A program made the position numbers and the translations under genes. Of a DNA stretch of 64,000 nucleotides, positions 34,348 to 44,003 are shown one piece after another. The stretch comes from an uncultured Collinsella sp. (GTDB lineage: Bacteria > Actinomycetota > Coriobacteriia > Coriobacteriales > Coriobacteriaceae), in the NCBI GenBank assembly GCA_900542155.1, contig UQMD01000003.1:88099-152098 (forward strand), given 5' to 3'. Each line of letters opens with the position of its first letter. Position 1 is the first letter of the stretch. Under the pieces are notes generated by a model. The model saw only the letters and a list, made by a program, of their open reading frames with translations, had not been told where the DNA came from and did not search any database.

Positions 34348-34632
34348 GGCATCCCCTCAGAGCCTCGTTATTTGGCGTTACCCGCCCTATTATACGCACG
34401 GCAAGACAAGCACTCCCGTGCATGAGCAGCGCTTTTTAAAAGCCCACTGAGCTTATAATCCGTTTTGCGGCCAAACATTTTATCGGTCTGTCCAATGCAA
34501 GCGCCCACGCCCCCAGATGGCCGCCGCGTCCACCGTTGGGGATTACAAAGTTGCAATTGGGACGTTCGTCCTGTCTTTTGTCAGGTCGGCAGCGTATCCT
34601 TATAACCTGAAACAAAGCGAGAAAGGTTCTGT

Positions 34633-35862
34633 ATGAATCGAAACGAACTCGACCCCAGCGTCCCCAGCGCCACGGAGGTCAAGAAGATCCCGCTCATTAT
34701 TAAGGTGTACGCCGTCCTATGCATTCTGTCCGGTGTAGGCACGCTCCCGTCGGTCGCTGCCTTTATGTGGCAGGTCATCACCGCGCTCATTAACGGCAAC
34801 GCCGCCGAAAAGCTCGGCGACAATATGCTGCTCGCGGTTGGACTCATCGTCGCCGGCATCATGCTCTCTGCGGCAAGTGCCGTCATCCTGATCATCTTTG
34901 GCCTGGACCTCATCAAGAACCAGCGCCGCAATGCCGCCCGTCTGTCCTATATCCTTATCGCATTTACCATCGTTGAGCTTTTGGTCGACGTGATGCTCCA
35001 GGGTATCGGGCCGTTCTTGCTGCGCCCCGCCATCCAGCTCGGCATCCTCGTCGCGCTTTCGGCCACCGTCGACCCCACGCTGCGTCAGGAGCGCGAACTG
35101 CAGCGCCGCCTGCAGGAGATGCTCGACCGCGACGCTGCCGCAGAGGGTATGCTCGGCCGCGATGAGACCGGCGAAGGCTACATCAAGCTCAACTACTTCA
35201 ACCTGTTCTGGGTGTTCTTTGTCTGCTGCATACTCGGCCTGGTCGCCGAGGACATCTGGCACATGACGGTCGACGACCCGGGCGTCTACCAGAACCGCGC
35301 CGGCATGCTGTTTGGCCCCTTCAGCCCCATCTACGGATTTGGCGCCGTGCTCATGACCATGGTACTCAACCGCTTCTACAAAAAGAGCCCCATCATCATT
35401 TTCCTGGTAAGCGCTGTGCTCGGCGCAAGCTTTGAGGTGTTCGTGGGCTGGTTTATGCAGACCTCATTTGGCGTGGTCTCGTGGAGCTACTCGCACATGA
35501 AGCTGTTCGGCATGCCCGACCCACTCGCCGTTCTTACAGGCGGACGCACCTGCACGGGCTTTGCCTGCCTGTGGGGTCTGGGTGGCCTTATCTGGATCAA
35601 GCTGCTGCTGCCGAGGCTGCTCAAGCTCATCAACATGATTCCGTGGAAGAGTCGCTACTCGGCTACCGTCATCTTTACCGTCATTATGCTGGTCGACGGC
35701 GTCATGACGCTGCAGTCGCTCGACTACTGGTACCAGCGCGTCAACGGCACGGAGCCGGATATTCCCGTCGCGCAGTTCTACGGCAAGTATTTCGATAACG
35801 ACTACATGGAGAACCGCTTCCAGAGCATGACCATGAGTCCCAAGGATGCGACGCGCGTGTAG
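34633..35862 (+). CDS. Membrane protein with a C-terminal 'putative ABC-transporter type IV' (CmpB/PF06541-like) domain fused to an N-terminal 4-helix membrane domain
   Basis: The C-terminal half contains ...YFNLFWVFFVCCILGLVAEDIWH...GMLFGPFSPIYGFGAVLMT.... This matches the GPxxPIYGxG core of the PF06541 family. The family assignment is made from memory of the motif. Confidence 0.6.
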   Translation: MNRNELDPSVPSATEVKKIPLIIKVYAVLCILSGVGTLPSVAAFMWQVITALINGNAAEKLGDNMLLAVGLIVAGIMLSAASAVILIIFGLDLIKNQRRNAARLSYILIAFTIVELLVDVMLQGIGPFLLRPAIQLGILVALSATVDPTLRQERELQRRLQEMLDRDAAAEGMLGRDETGEGYIKLNYFNLFWVFFVCCILGLVAEDIWHMTVDDPGVYQNRAGMLFGPFSPIYGFGAVLMTMVLNRFYKKSPIIIFLVSAVLGASFEVFVGWFMQTSFGVVSWSYSHMKLFGMPDPLAVLTGGRTCTGFACLWGLGGLIWIKLLLPRLLKLINMIPWKSRYSATVIFTVIMLVDGVMTLQSLDYWYQRVNGTEPDIPVAQFYGKYFDNDYMENRFQSMTMSPKDATRV

Positions 35863-35932
35863 CGCCACGCAATGCCGAGATTTTCCAACGCACAGAAAAG
35901 CCCGCTGGCAGACTGACCGAGCCTGTCTATCG

Positions 35933-36006
35933 TGGCTGGGGCAGAGGGATTCGAACCCCCGTAGCTGGTACCAAAAACCAGGGTCCTGCCGCTGGACGAT
36001 GCCCCA
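35933..36006 (-). tRNA. tRNA-Gln (anticodon UUG)
   Basis: The minus-sense read is UGGGGCAUCGUCCAGCGGCAGGACCCUGGUUUUUGGUACCAGCUACGGGGGUUCGAAUCCCUCUGCCCCAGCCA. There is a 7-bp acceptor stem with U1-A72, as in bacterial tRNA-Gln. The anticodon stem is CUGGU/ACCAG and the loop UUUUGGU carries the anticodon UUG. The T-arm is GGGGG-UUCGAAU-CCCUC, and the discriminator G plus an encoded CCA follow. Confidence 0.85.
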
Positions 36007-36107
36007 AATGGGTGTGGGCGCGCAAGCGCGCCGCTCTAGTGTAGCGTACCTAGTCGCTCAGCGCATCACATAGGCCGTCGAGAAGGCGAACGGCCAGAGT
36101 TTGCGCA

Positions 36108-36962
36108 TCACTTGAAGTGAACGTGCCGTAGCCGGTGATGCCCGTGAGCTCGATGCGGAGCTTGATCGGGCGGGCGGGTGGCCGCCGCGGCGACCGCCGT
36201 CTTGATGCGCAGTGAGAGGTTGTTGCACTCGGCCAGGGTGATCGTGGCGCGCGGCTCGGCGTCGTCGGGCAGCGCATCGGAGGCGATCTCGACCGTCAGG
36301 TCCACATCCTCGGGCGCGACGTCGTCATACAGCACGATGCCGCTGCCATCGGTCGTTGCGGTTGCGATATTCCACACGCGCGAGGCGACGTTGCGGGCGA
36401 TTGCGTCCTCGCCGCCGATGGCGATGCTCCAGCTTTCGAGCACGCTCGCGGCGCGGGCGAACCCCATGCGGGCCTCAGCCTCGACATCGATCACAGAGGG
36501 CTTGCCCTCCCACACATGGTGCAGGCGGTTCACGTAGTTGAAGGTGTCCTGGAACGCCATGCCATCGGCGAACAGCCCCACGTTCTCCTGGAACTGCTGC
36601 AAAGCGGCCTCGGTATGCGGGCCAAAATAGCCGTCGTCCACGCCGCAGGCAAAGCCGAGCGTGTTGAGGGCGCGCTGCAGGGCGCGTACGTCGGCACCGT
36701 GGAAATTGGGAAGGCGCAGGTACAGCGTGCGATCGCCGAGTTTGTAAGACTCGTCCACCAGCGCGCTCCAGCATGTACCGTCCACATCCTCGCCCGCATC
36801 CAGTCCCTGCTGGGTGCGAAACGCGCGAACGGCCGCAACCGTAGTTGCGCCGAACTCCTTTGCCGTCATTTCGGCGGCGTCGATCATATATCCAAGCGAG
36901 GAAAGGCGCGTCTGCACGTCCTCGACGGCAGGCCCTTGCATTCCCTGCGAAATGGGTTCCAT
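36108..36962 (-). CDS. Protein with two peptidoglycan-binding (PG_binding_1) domains and no recognisable signal peptide
   Basis: The first domain reads GPAVEDVQTRLSSLGY...GEFGATTVAAVRAFRTQQGLDAGEDVDGT.W. The second reads GADVRALQRALNTLGF...GYFGPHTEAALQQFQENVGLFADGMA. Both are classic PG_binding_1 repeats. The N-terminus MEPISQGMQ lacks a hydrophobic leader. Confidence 0.7.
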   Translation of the reverse strand: MEPISQGMQGPAVEDVQTRLSSLGYMIDAAEMTAKEFGATTVAAVRAFRTQQGLDAGEDVDGTCWSALVDESYKLGDRTLYLRLPNFHGADVRALQRALNTLGFACGVDDGYFGPHTEAALQQFQENVGLFADGMAFQDTFNYVNRLHHVWEGKPSVIDVEAEARMGFARAASVLESWSIAIGGEDAIARNVASRVWNIATATTDGSGIVLYDDVAPEDVDLTVEIASDALPDDAEPRATITLAECNNLSLRIKTAVAAAATRPPDQAPHRAHGHHRLRHVHFK

Positions 36963-37127
36963 GAGATCCCCTTACAACCTGGCGCACGCTGCGGACTTAC
37001 AGGCCGCACGGCGCGTCTTCATGCGCGCGGGAGAACGAGTGCCTTCGCGCGGCATACATCATACAGTCTACCAAGAGTGCCGACGGCTCCGCATAAAGTA
37101 CAGCAGAGTGCCACCTTGCAAACGGAG

Positions 37128-37844
37128 TTAGCTTGATTCGCTTACGCGTACTTCAAAGTCAAAGGAGTTACTTTCGCCTCGATACGTCGCCACGGAATAC
37201 TCGACAGGAGAGTCAAGCGCGTCTCGTGCAACGGTTTGGAAAATGATGAGGGGGTCGCCCTCTTCAATGTCGAGCAGGGCGGCGGTCGTCACATTGGCTT
37301 TTGAGACCTCGAGGTGGCGGTGCGCTCGCTCGACTGGGTTGCCAGATTTGCTCATGGCAAAATACAGGCTGGTCTCTTCAAAGTTGACAGCATCGAAGTC
37401 TTGGTACGGTTTGCAGGGAATATAGCTTTCCACAAATACGTTGGGGGTGTCGTCGGCATATCTTAGGCGGACGAGTTTGTACACGTCTTCGCCGGGCTCC
37501 AGCTCAAGCTTGCTGGCGATTTCGGTTGTTGCTTTGACTCGCTTGAAGGTGAGGACCTTGGTGCGTGGTGCGCGTCCGGCTCGCTTCATCTCGTCCTCGA
37601 AGCTCATAATGCGCATGGCAAAGGCCTGATCGACCTTGGGGAGCGTTACAACGGTGCCACGGCGCTGCCGTTTTTCCAAGTAGCCTTCGCTTACAAGGGT
37701 TTGCATGGCCTGGCGAATAGTTGACCGGCTGACGCCGTACATATCGCATAGTTGCATTTCAGAGGGGATGGTTTCGCCCACGGCGTACGTGCCGTTTTTA
37801 ATTTTGGCGAGTAGATCATCTTTGATTTGGTCATAGAGCGTCAT
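37128..37844 (-). CDS. GntR/HutC-family transcriptional regulator (winged HTH plus UTRA effector domain)
   Basis: The N-terminus is MTLYDQIKDDLLAKIKNGTYAVGETIPSEMQLCDMYGVSRSTIRQAMQTLVSEGYLEKRQRRGTVV. A UTRA-like C-domain follows. The gene lies downstream of the PTS-man operon 1. Confidence 0.9.
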   Translation of the reverse strand: MTLYDQIKDDLLAKIKNGTYAVGETIPSEMQLCDMYGVSRSTIRQAMQTLVSEGYLEKRQRRGTVVTLPKVDQAFAMRIMSFEDEMKRAGRAPRTKVLTFKRVKATTEIASKLELEPGEDVYKLVRLRYADDTPNVFVESYIPCKPYQDFDAVNFEETSLYFAMSKSGNPVERAHRHLEVSKANVTTAALLDIEEGDPLIIFQTVARDALDSPVEYSVATYRGESNSFDFEVRVSESS

Positions 37845-37958
37845 TTTGTCATACCTTTTTAAGGCCGAAGTTGGAACGAATATAACATATGGGGCGGAGC
37901 CATAAGGCTCCGCCCCGATGGTCGGGTTAAATTGTTGGCTTGCCGATTGAGCTATTGC

Positions 37959-38810
37959 TTAGAAGACGCCCAGCAGGCAGAGCGCGGAGACCACGACGGT
38001 CAGGATGACGATGACCTTGGTGGGGCTGTACTGCTTCTTGCCCAGCATCCACCAGGTGATCAGCACGGTCGCCAGGGGAAGGATGGAGGGGAACACGCCG
38101 TCGAGGGTTGCCTGCAGGGGCTGCCATTCGCCGCCCAGCGGGATGTTGAGGGTGGTGGTCAGGCCGATGTTGCCTGCGGCGAGGGCGCCGATGACCATGA
38201 TGCCCAGGATGTTGAAGGCATCGGTGATGCGGCGGGCGTTCTCGCCCACGATGACGTCGATGGCGCCGACGCCGAGCTTGTAGCCGGTGCGGTAGCTGAT
38301 GAACGAGATGAGCGGGCCGAGGATACCGTAGGCGATCATGTAGAACAGCGGGCCGATCGGGCTACCGCCCGTGGCGAGGCTCATACCGATCGAGAGCAGG
38401 ATCGGGACGATGATGCCCTGGATGATGGAGTCGCCGATGCCCGCCAGGGGGCCCATGAGGGTTGCCTTGATGTTGTTGGGCATATCCTCGGAGACCTCGC
38501 CGCCCATGGCGATGTTCTCCTCGAGGGAGGTCACGATGCCGTTGATGAGCTGGCCGGTCTGGGGCTCGGTGTTGAAGAACACGGAGTGGCGGACGAGCAG
38601 GCGGCGCTTGGCGTCGGGGTCATCCTTGTAGTACTTCTCGGCAAAGGGGAGCTATGCCCAGGCGTAGGCGTGGCCCTGGAGCTTCTCGTAGCTCATCGAG
38701 GACAGGTGGGTGAAGGCCCAACGCAGCCAGATGGTGTTGAGCTCCTTGTTGGAAAGGTGGCCGCCGTTTTCGGTCTTCTTGGCGGGTGGGCTGGTGAGTT
38801 CCGTAGTCAT
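37959..38810 (-). pseudogene. PTS mannose-family IID component interrupted by an in-frame TAG at codon 53 (pseudogene, sequencing error or programmed readthrough)
   Basis: Hand translation from the ATG at 38810 (RBS AAGGAG) gives MTTELTSPPAKKTENGGHLSNKELNTIWLRWAFTHLSSMSYEKLQGHAYAWA*LPFAEKYYKDDPDAKRRLLVRHSVFFNTEPQTGQLINGI... The single in-frame TAG is at 38654-38652. The paralogous IID at 46883-47710 reads FGYLCAMLP at the same place, so the stop replaces the conserved Met (ATG vs TAG). The track only reports the downstream GTG-initiated piece, 37959-38582. Confidence 0.65.
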
Positions 38811-38831
38811 GTGAGTTCGCTCCTTCGGGGA

Positions 38832-39665
38832 TTAGAACAGATCGTCATCTTCGTAGACCGCGGTGGTCTCCTGGGGCTCGGAGGTCGCGAGCGCGGGTTC
38901 GGCGGTCTTGCCGCTCGACAGGAACACGAGGTAGGCGACGAGTGCGGCGAGGAACACGATGGCGATCATGGAGAGGCCGGCGAAGGAGAGGAGCACGAAG
39001 CCCGCGAGGAAGAAGATCAGCTGGGCCTTGTCCTTGATCACGATGTTCATGAGCATGCCGATGCCGAGAGCGGGAAGGACGCCGCCGAGGACGGAGATGA
39101 TATGCGTGACGACCTCGGGAACGCTATTGAGCAGGGTTTCGACCACGCCCTGGCCAAAGTAGACGACCAAAAACACCGGGACGGCGCGGATGAAGAAGGT
39201 GCAGATTTGGGGGTAGATGATGTGCCACTTAGTGATGCCGCGACCATCGTTGGCCTCAGCGGCGGTCTGGGCCTTGCCGTTGAAGAAGGAGTAGAGGGCC
39301 ATGCGGGTGTTGTAGAAGATGAGGCCGAGGGTTTGGCCCATGAGCACGGAAAGGGTGACGGCGATTGCCGGATCCTTGGTGGTGGCCATGGCCAATCCGA
39401 TGCCGCCGTAGGAAGCGTAGGTGATTTCGGAGTTGATCGCGCCGCCGGTGGACAGGTTGGCGATGAAGACGGCCTGGACGGCGACGCCGCATAGAACGCC
39501 GGCGCTCACGTCGCCGAAGACGAGGCCGCACAGCAGGCCGGCGACGAGCGGGCGGCCCATTACGTAGTAGCCACCGGACATGCCGAACAGGCAGGCGCTC
39601 TCGATGGCGCCCAGGTAGCAGAAGACGCCGCACATGAGCGCGGGGAAGAGCAGGGTAAGGTCCAT
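38832..39665 (-). CDS. PTS mannose/fructose/sorbose-family IIC component
   Basis: The 277-aa polytopic protein matches the ManY/AgaW type (MDLTLLFPALMCGVFCYLGAIES...). It lies between the IIB and IID genes. Confidence 0.9.
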   Translation of the reverse strand: MDLTLLFPALMCGVFCYLGAIESACLFGMSGGYYVMGRPLVAGLLCGLVFGDVSAGVLCGVAVQAVFIANLSTGGAINSEITYASYGGIGLAMATTKDPAIAVTLSVLMGQTLGLIFYNTRMALYSFFNGKAQTAAEANDGRGITKWHIIYPQICTFFIRAVPVFLVVYFGQGVVETLLNSVPEVVTHIISVLGGVLPALGIGMLMNIVIKDKAQLIFFLAGFVLLSFAGLSMIAIVFLAALVAYLVFLSSGKTAEPALATSEPQETTAVYEDDDLF

Positions 39666-39695
39666 GGTGTTCCTCCTAAGCTGGTGTTGATGCGT

Positions 39696-40190
39696 TTACA
39701 TCGACTGGTACTTGGTTTTGACCGCGGGCCAGGTGCGGACAGCGTCGTCGGGCAGCAGCTGGAACTGAAGGTCGATGCCGGCAGCCTCGAGCTCATCGAG
39801 CGCGACGACGTCCTCGTCGTTCATCATCACGGTATTGCCCATGTTCTTGGTGCCCTCGCGCGTGGCATTGAGGTTTCCGATGTTGAGCACGCCGCCGAAG
39901 TCGCCGTCGATCTTGACCAGGTCGGCGAAGTTGCGGATCGAGTCGGAGATGACGAAGAAGTTCTTTGCCGAGGCCTGGGCCTTGGCGAGGGCCTCAGGTC
40001 CCTGGGCGAGGGTGTAGATGCCGAGCTTGAGTTTGCCCGCTGCGGCTTTGAGCACCTTGCAGCGAAGCTGGTCCGCGGCGATCTTGTCGCTGATCACCAG
40101 GATGGCGTCAGCCGGCTTCACCGCGACCCACCGGGTGGTGGTCTGTCCGTGGATGACTCGGTCGTCCACGCGTGCGAGCACGATTGCCAT
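39696..40190 (-). CDS. PTS mannose-family IIB component
   Basis: The sequence MAIVLARVDDRVIHGQTTTRWV carries the PTSIIB_sorb active-site His. The start is the ATG at 40190, preceded by GGAAGGAG. Confidence 0.9.
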   Translation of the reverse strand: MAIVLARVDDRVIHGQTTTRWVAVKPADAILVISDKIAADQLRCKVLKAAAGKLKLGIYTLAQGPEALAKAQASAKNFFVISDSIRNFADLVKIDGDFGGVLNIGNLNATREGTKNMGNTVMMNDEDVVALDELEAAGIDLQFQLLPDDAVRTWPAVKTKYQSM

Positions 40191-40235
40191 TGTGTCTCCT
40201 TCCATTGGGCGATTCTTTTGGGAATCGCGTTATCA

Positions 40236-40664
40236 CTAAAACAGGTCGTCGTCCGCGAGGGACTCATCTTCATCCGGGAGGGCCGCTGCGGTGACGCCGG
40301 AGGTTCCAGCGTTGAGCGCGAGTTCGACGGCGGCGTCCAGGTCGTCACTTGCCGCAGCCGCGACGCCGACCTCGATGAGCATGCCGAAATTGAAGCCCGA
40401 TACGACGCGCAGGTGCTCGGGGTTTTCGAGGAACAGGGCGTAGGCCTCGTTGTAGGGGGTTCCGCCGAGTAGATCCGCGAGGATGAGCGTGTTGCCTGAT
40501 TCGAGCTGCGTCTTGACCGCATTGGAAAGGTGCTCGCGGAAGACGTCGACGCCGTCGTCGCCCAGACCCACGGCGACGATGGGGCTGTCGCTCGAGACCA
40601 TCTTCTTATAGGTGTCGAGCATGCCGTCGCAAAGCGTGCCGTGTGAAGTCAATACGATGTTCAC
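40236..40664 (-). CDS. PTS mannose-family IIA component
   Basis: The sequence MNIVLTSHGTLCDGMLDT... is an EIIA-man fold with its phosphorylatable His near the N-terminus. An acidic tail is present. It is the first gene of operon 1. Confidence 0.85.
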   Translation of the reverse strand: MNIVLTSHGTLCDGMLDTYKKMVSSDSPIVAVGLGDDGVDVFREHLSNAVKTQLESGNTLILADLLGGTPYNEAYALFLENPEHLRVVSGFNFGMLIEVGVAAAASDDLDAAVELALNAGTSGVTAAALPDEDESLADDDLF

Positions 40665-40685
40665 TGATATCTCCTTTCGTCGCGA

Positions 40686-40799
40686 TTAATCATATATGTA
40701 TGACCAAAATGTTTAGAGATTGAATCTTTTTGAGTCCACAAACGGTATTAAATCGGACATAAACGGTAAATAGTATTATTTAGCATCAATATGTATGAC
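40686..40799. promoter_or_regulatory. AT-rich divergent promoter region with two direct copies of ATATGTATGAC (40686-40696, 40789-40799), candidate GntR/HutC operator sites
   Basis: The repeats are exact 11-mers 103 bp apart, within the 184-bp spacer between the PTS IIA gene (minus) and deoC (plus). Each contains a GT..AC core resembling GntR-family half-sites. A second direct repeat AAACGGTA occurs twice (40739-46 and 40761-68). Confidence 0.3.
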
Positions 40800-40848
40800 A
40801 ATATGCTAGGATGCAGGCACGCACCAATCCTCAACGAAGGGAGCCGTC

Positions 40849-41559
40849 ATGGCACGTTACACGCTCGATGATCTCGCCCGTCTGGTCGACCACACCAACC
40901 TCCACCCCGACGCCACGCGCGAGGATATGGAGAAGCTCTGCCAGGAGGCGAAGGACTACCACTTCAAGATGGTCGCCATCAACTCCGTCCAGTCCAAGCT
41001 CTGCTCCGAGCTCCTCGCCGGTACCGACATCCACACCGGTGCCGCCATCGGCTTCCCCCTCGGCCAGACTACCATCGCCACCAAGGTCTTCGAGACCAAG
41101 GACGCCCTGGCCAACGGCGCGAATGAGATCGACTACGTGATCAACCTCACCGAGCTCAAGGCCGGCAACTGGGCCTACATCAAGGACGAGATGCAGCAGA
41201 TCGTCGACGTCTGCCGCGAAGCCGGCGTCCCCTCCAAGGTCATCTTCGAGAATTGCCTGCTTACCGAGGATGAGAAGCTCGAGCTGTGCAAGATCGCCAG
41301 CGAGGTCCTGCCCACCTTCGTGAAGACCTCCACCGGCTTCTCCACCGGCGGCGCGACCGTCGAGGACGTCCGTCTCATGCGCGAGCACACCGACCCCCGT
41401 GTTAAGGTTAAGGCCGCTGGCGGCATCCGCACTGCCGACGCCTTTCTCGACATGGTCCGTGCCGGCGCCGAGCGCATCGGATGCAGTGCCGGCATGCCCA
41501 TCATCGATGAGCTGCGTACCCGCATGGAGAGCGAGGGCATCGACGCCTTCGAGCTGTAA
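40849..41559 (+). CDS. deoC: Deoxyribose-phosphate aldolase
   Basis: The protein has ...[14 protein letters not shown]... and ...VKAAGGIRT..., which are the Schiff-base Lys region and the phosphate-binding loop of DeoC. The N-terminus is ...LVDHTNL. Confidence 0.9.
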   Translation: MARYTLDDLARLVDHTNLHPDATREDMEKLCQEAKDYHFKMVAINSVQSKLCSELLAGTDIHTGAAIGFPLGQTTIATKVFETKDALANGANEIDYVINLTELKAGNWAYIKDEMQQIVDVCREAGVPSKVIFENCLLTEDEKLELCKIASEVLPTFVKTSTGFSTGGATVEDVRLMREHTDPRVKVKAAGGIRTADAFLDMVRAGAERIGCSAGMPIIDELRTRMESEGIDAFEL

Positions 41560-41568
41560 GGAGTGCAT

Positions 41569-42513
41569 ATGGGCCCCATCCTGCTCAAGCCCAACTACAT
41601 CTCTCCCGTCTGGTCGGGCCCGCGCGTCAACGAGGCGCGCGGCCTTTCCGGGGACGCCCTGTACGGTGAGTCGTTCGACGTGTCCGTGCACGATGGGCTG
41701 GTCAACGATGTCGACGGCGGTCCGTTCGACGGCATGCCGCTCGACCGCGTGATAGCCGAGAACAAGACCGCCATCATGGGTGAGCTCGATCACGACGGCA
41801 TCGTGCAGATCATCACGATGGACGCCGGTGAGAACCTGTCCATCCAGGTGCATCCCGACGAGGCGTATGCCCGCGAGCGCGAGTCCGACCACGAGAAGGC
41901 GGAGTCCTGGTACATCCTGGACGCCGAGCCCGGCGCCTCGATCATCTGCGGCACGACGACCGACGACCTCGACGCGTTGCGTGATGCGACGGCAGATGAT
42001 AGCGTGGGTGACCGCTACGGAAGGCGCGTCCCCGTGAGCGAGGGCGATTTCGTGCTCATCCCCGCGGGGACCTTGCATGCGATGGGCGAGGGCGTATTCG
42101 CCCTCGAGGTCGGCAGTCTGGGCTTCAAGACGTACCGGTTCTGCGATTGGGGTCGCGGTCGCGAACTCCATGTCGAGCAGGCGTTCGATGTGCTCGACAC
42201 TTCGATCCGTCCCGAGCCGGCGCACTTCGGCGCCTTCGATCCGAAGGCTCCCGCGAGCGTGCATCGTGGCGTCACGCACCGTCTGTTCACCTCAGACGTC
42301 GTTGACGTCCGGGGCGAATGGGAATGCCTCCTGGGCGATCGATATGCCGTTCTGTCCTGCGTGGGCGGTCATGCCCGGGTGGTCACGGACGACGGTGCCG
42401 TCGATCTTCCCCGCACCGCCTCTGCGCTGATTCCTGCGAGTGCGGGATCGTTCACGGTCGAGGGGACGTGTCGCGTGTTGGTGAGTCGCGTCGTCGATGA
42501 GCGTGACGGCTAG
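41569..42513 (+). CDS. manA: Mannose-6-phosphate isomerase, class I (cupin)
   Basis: The class I PMI signature ...SIQVHPDEAYARERESDHEKAESWYILDAEPGASIICG... is present. The ATG at 41569 has an AAGGAG RBS; the track start at 41563 is GTG. Confidence 0.85.
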   Translation: MGPILLKPNYISPVWSGPRVNEARGLSGDALYGESFDVSVHDGLVNDVDGGPFDGMPLDRVIAENKTAIMGELDHDGIVQIITMDAGENLSIQVHPDEAYARERESDHEKAESWYILDAEPGASIICGTTTDDLDALRDATADDSVGDRYGRRVPVSEGDFVLIPAGTLHAMGEGVFALEVGSLGFKTYRFCDWGRGRELHVEQAFDVLDTSIRPEPAHFGAFDPKAPASVHRGVTHRLFTSDVVDVRGEWECLLGDRYAVLSCVGGHARVVTDDGAVDLPRTASALIPASAGSFTVEGTCRVLVSRVVDERDG

Positions 42514-42540
42514 CGCGACGGGGAGTAATTGGGGGTCGAT

Positions 42541-43419
42541 ATGTCCGGATCAAAGTCTCGTGTTGTGGTGACGGGTGCGAATGGGTATCTTGCGAGCCTC
42601 ATTCGTTTGTACAACGCCGATAAGTTCGAGTTCGTGAGTGTTACTCGCGCCGACGTGGACCTTTCAGACGTCGAGGCGGTTGCCGAGTTTTTCTCTGCGC
42701 TTGAGTTCGACGTCTGCCTCCATATGGCGGCGGATGCCTCGACGGCCCGCTGCGAGGGCGATCCAGAGGGTACACATCGAATCAACACGGAGTCGTCCAT
42801 CGCTATCGCCCGAGCGTGTCGCGCCCGTGGTGCGCGCATGGTCTTCTTCTCGACCGAGCAGTGTTTTAACGCCTCGCCCGGTGAAGCGCCGTTCCATGAG
42901 GACGACGAGATGGCAACCACCACACGATACGGCGCGCAGAAGATGGAGGCGGACGCCTGGATCAGGGAGAACCTCGACAATTATCTGATTTTGCGCCTCT
43001 CGTGGATGTTCGGCCTTCCTATGCCCGGGGCAAAGCCCGCCCCTAACATCCTTACGAACGTGCTGCATGCGGTTCGGACGGGAGAGCCTGCGGCGTTTCG
43101 TGTGCATGAGCGGCGGAACATGACGTACGGTCAGGAGCTGGCGAGCGCCATATCGCAAATTCTCGTGCTGCCCAGCGGCGCGTATCATTTTGCGAGCCAA
43201 AACGGCCTGAGCACCTACGAGACTGCCCGTCTCGTGGCCAGCCGCCTCGGTTGCGACGAGCACCGTATCGAGGAGCTCGTGCTTCCCGACACCGAGACCT
43301 ATGCCGATCGACCACGGGACTTCCGTCTTTCCTCGGAAAAGCTCGCGCACGCGGGGGTACATCTGGGAACGTTCGAAGATGGCCTCGAAAGATGCTTGAG
43401 AGATTTCGGAATGCTGTAG
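42541..43419 (+). CDS. NAD(P)-dependent sugar-nucleotide epimerase/reductase (RmlD-like SDR)
   Basis: The N-terminal Rossmann motif is VVVTGANGYLAS. A YxxxK-containing central region is present (..RYGAQKMEAD..). The length matches the dTDP-4-dehydrorhamnose-reductase-like family. The ATG at 42541 follows GGGGG. Confidence 0.7.
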   Translation: MSGSKSRVVVTGANGYLASLIRLYNADKFEFVSVTRADVDLSDVEAVAEFFSALEFDVCLHMAADASTARCEGDPEGTHRINTESSIAIARACRARGARMVFFSTEQCFNASPGEAPFHEDDEMATTTRYGAQKMEADAWIRENLDNYLILRLSWMFGLPMPGAKPAPNILTNVLHAVRTGEPAAFRVHERRNMTYGQELASAISQILVLPSGAYHFASQNGLSTYETARLVASRLGCDEHRIEELVLPDTETYADRPRDFRLSSEKLAHAGVHLGTFEDGLERCLRDFGML

Positions 43420-43518
43420 CGCGTGGAACGCGTGCGACATATTGGCCGTTCAACTCGAAGGCCCGATCGGTGATTGAACTGCCAGCGGGCTTTTTGTTGG
43501 CGAGTGCTGCTGCCGGCA

Positions 43519-43938
43519 TTACGCCTCGCGCTCGACCTCGCTCACACATTCATTTTTGATGGTACCGACGAGCGCCTGCAGCGCATCGACCACATGCGGG
43601 CGAATGTCCCCGCCAATGAGCACGAGCATGATATCGTCGCCCACGGTAAGCTCGCCGCTCGCCAGCCACACGCGCACATAGCCGATACCCGGCATCGCGC
43701 GCGTTGCCTCGATAGCGGCCTGCACCTTTTCGGCATCGAAGCCAAACACCATGCCGCCCACCTTATGTCCAGGCGCCACACCATCTGTCTCGACCCCACG
43801 CACCTCGGACTTAGGCGTCGCACGCACCACACCGTTATGCGTCAGGTACATGCCGCACGCAGATGCCGACGAATCGGCCTTGGCCTCGCGCAGCCAAGCA
43901 TCAATCGAAGGCATCGGTTTGCCACTTTCAAGCATCAT
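43519..43938 (-). CDS. Conserved hypothetical protein (139 aa)
   Basis: The sequence is MMLESGKPMPSIDAWLREAK...CGMYLTHNGVVR...GHKVGGMVFGFD...IMLVLIGGDIRPHVVDAL... I cannot assign a family with confidence. Confidence 0.6.
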   Translation of the reverse strand: MMLESGKPMPSIDAWLREAKADSSASACGMYLTHNGVVRATPKSEVRGVETDGVAPGHKVGGMVFGFDAEKVQAAIEATRAMPGIGYVRVWLASGELTVGDDIMLVLIGGDIRPHVVDALQALVGTIKNECVSEVEREA

Positions 43939-44003
43939 TTCTCCCTTTTACCGTCGTCGAGTAGCTCATTTGGGACGGGGCTTTTTAGCTACTCTTGAAC
44001 AAC

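Noticed and set aside
30710-34425. Plus-strand ORFs 30710-31564, 31470-32576 and 32284-34425 (713 aa)
   Set aside because: They are antisense to purN, purM and purF, whose products are unmistakable.
37932-42279. ORFs 37932-39494 (+, 520 aa) and 40831-42279 (-, 482 aa)
   Set aside because: The first is antisense to the PTS IID/IIC genes. The second is antisense to deoC and manA. Both are Gly/Asp/His/Arg-rich artefacts.
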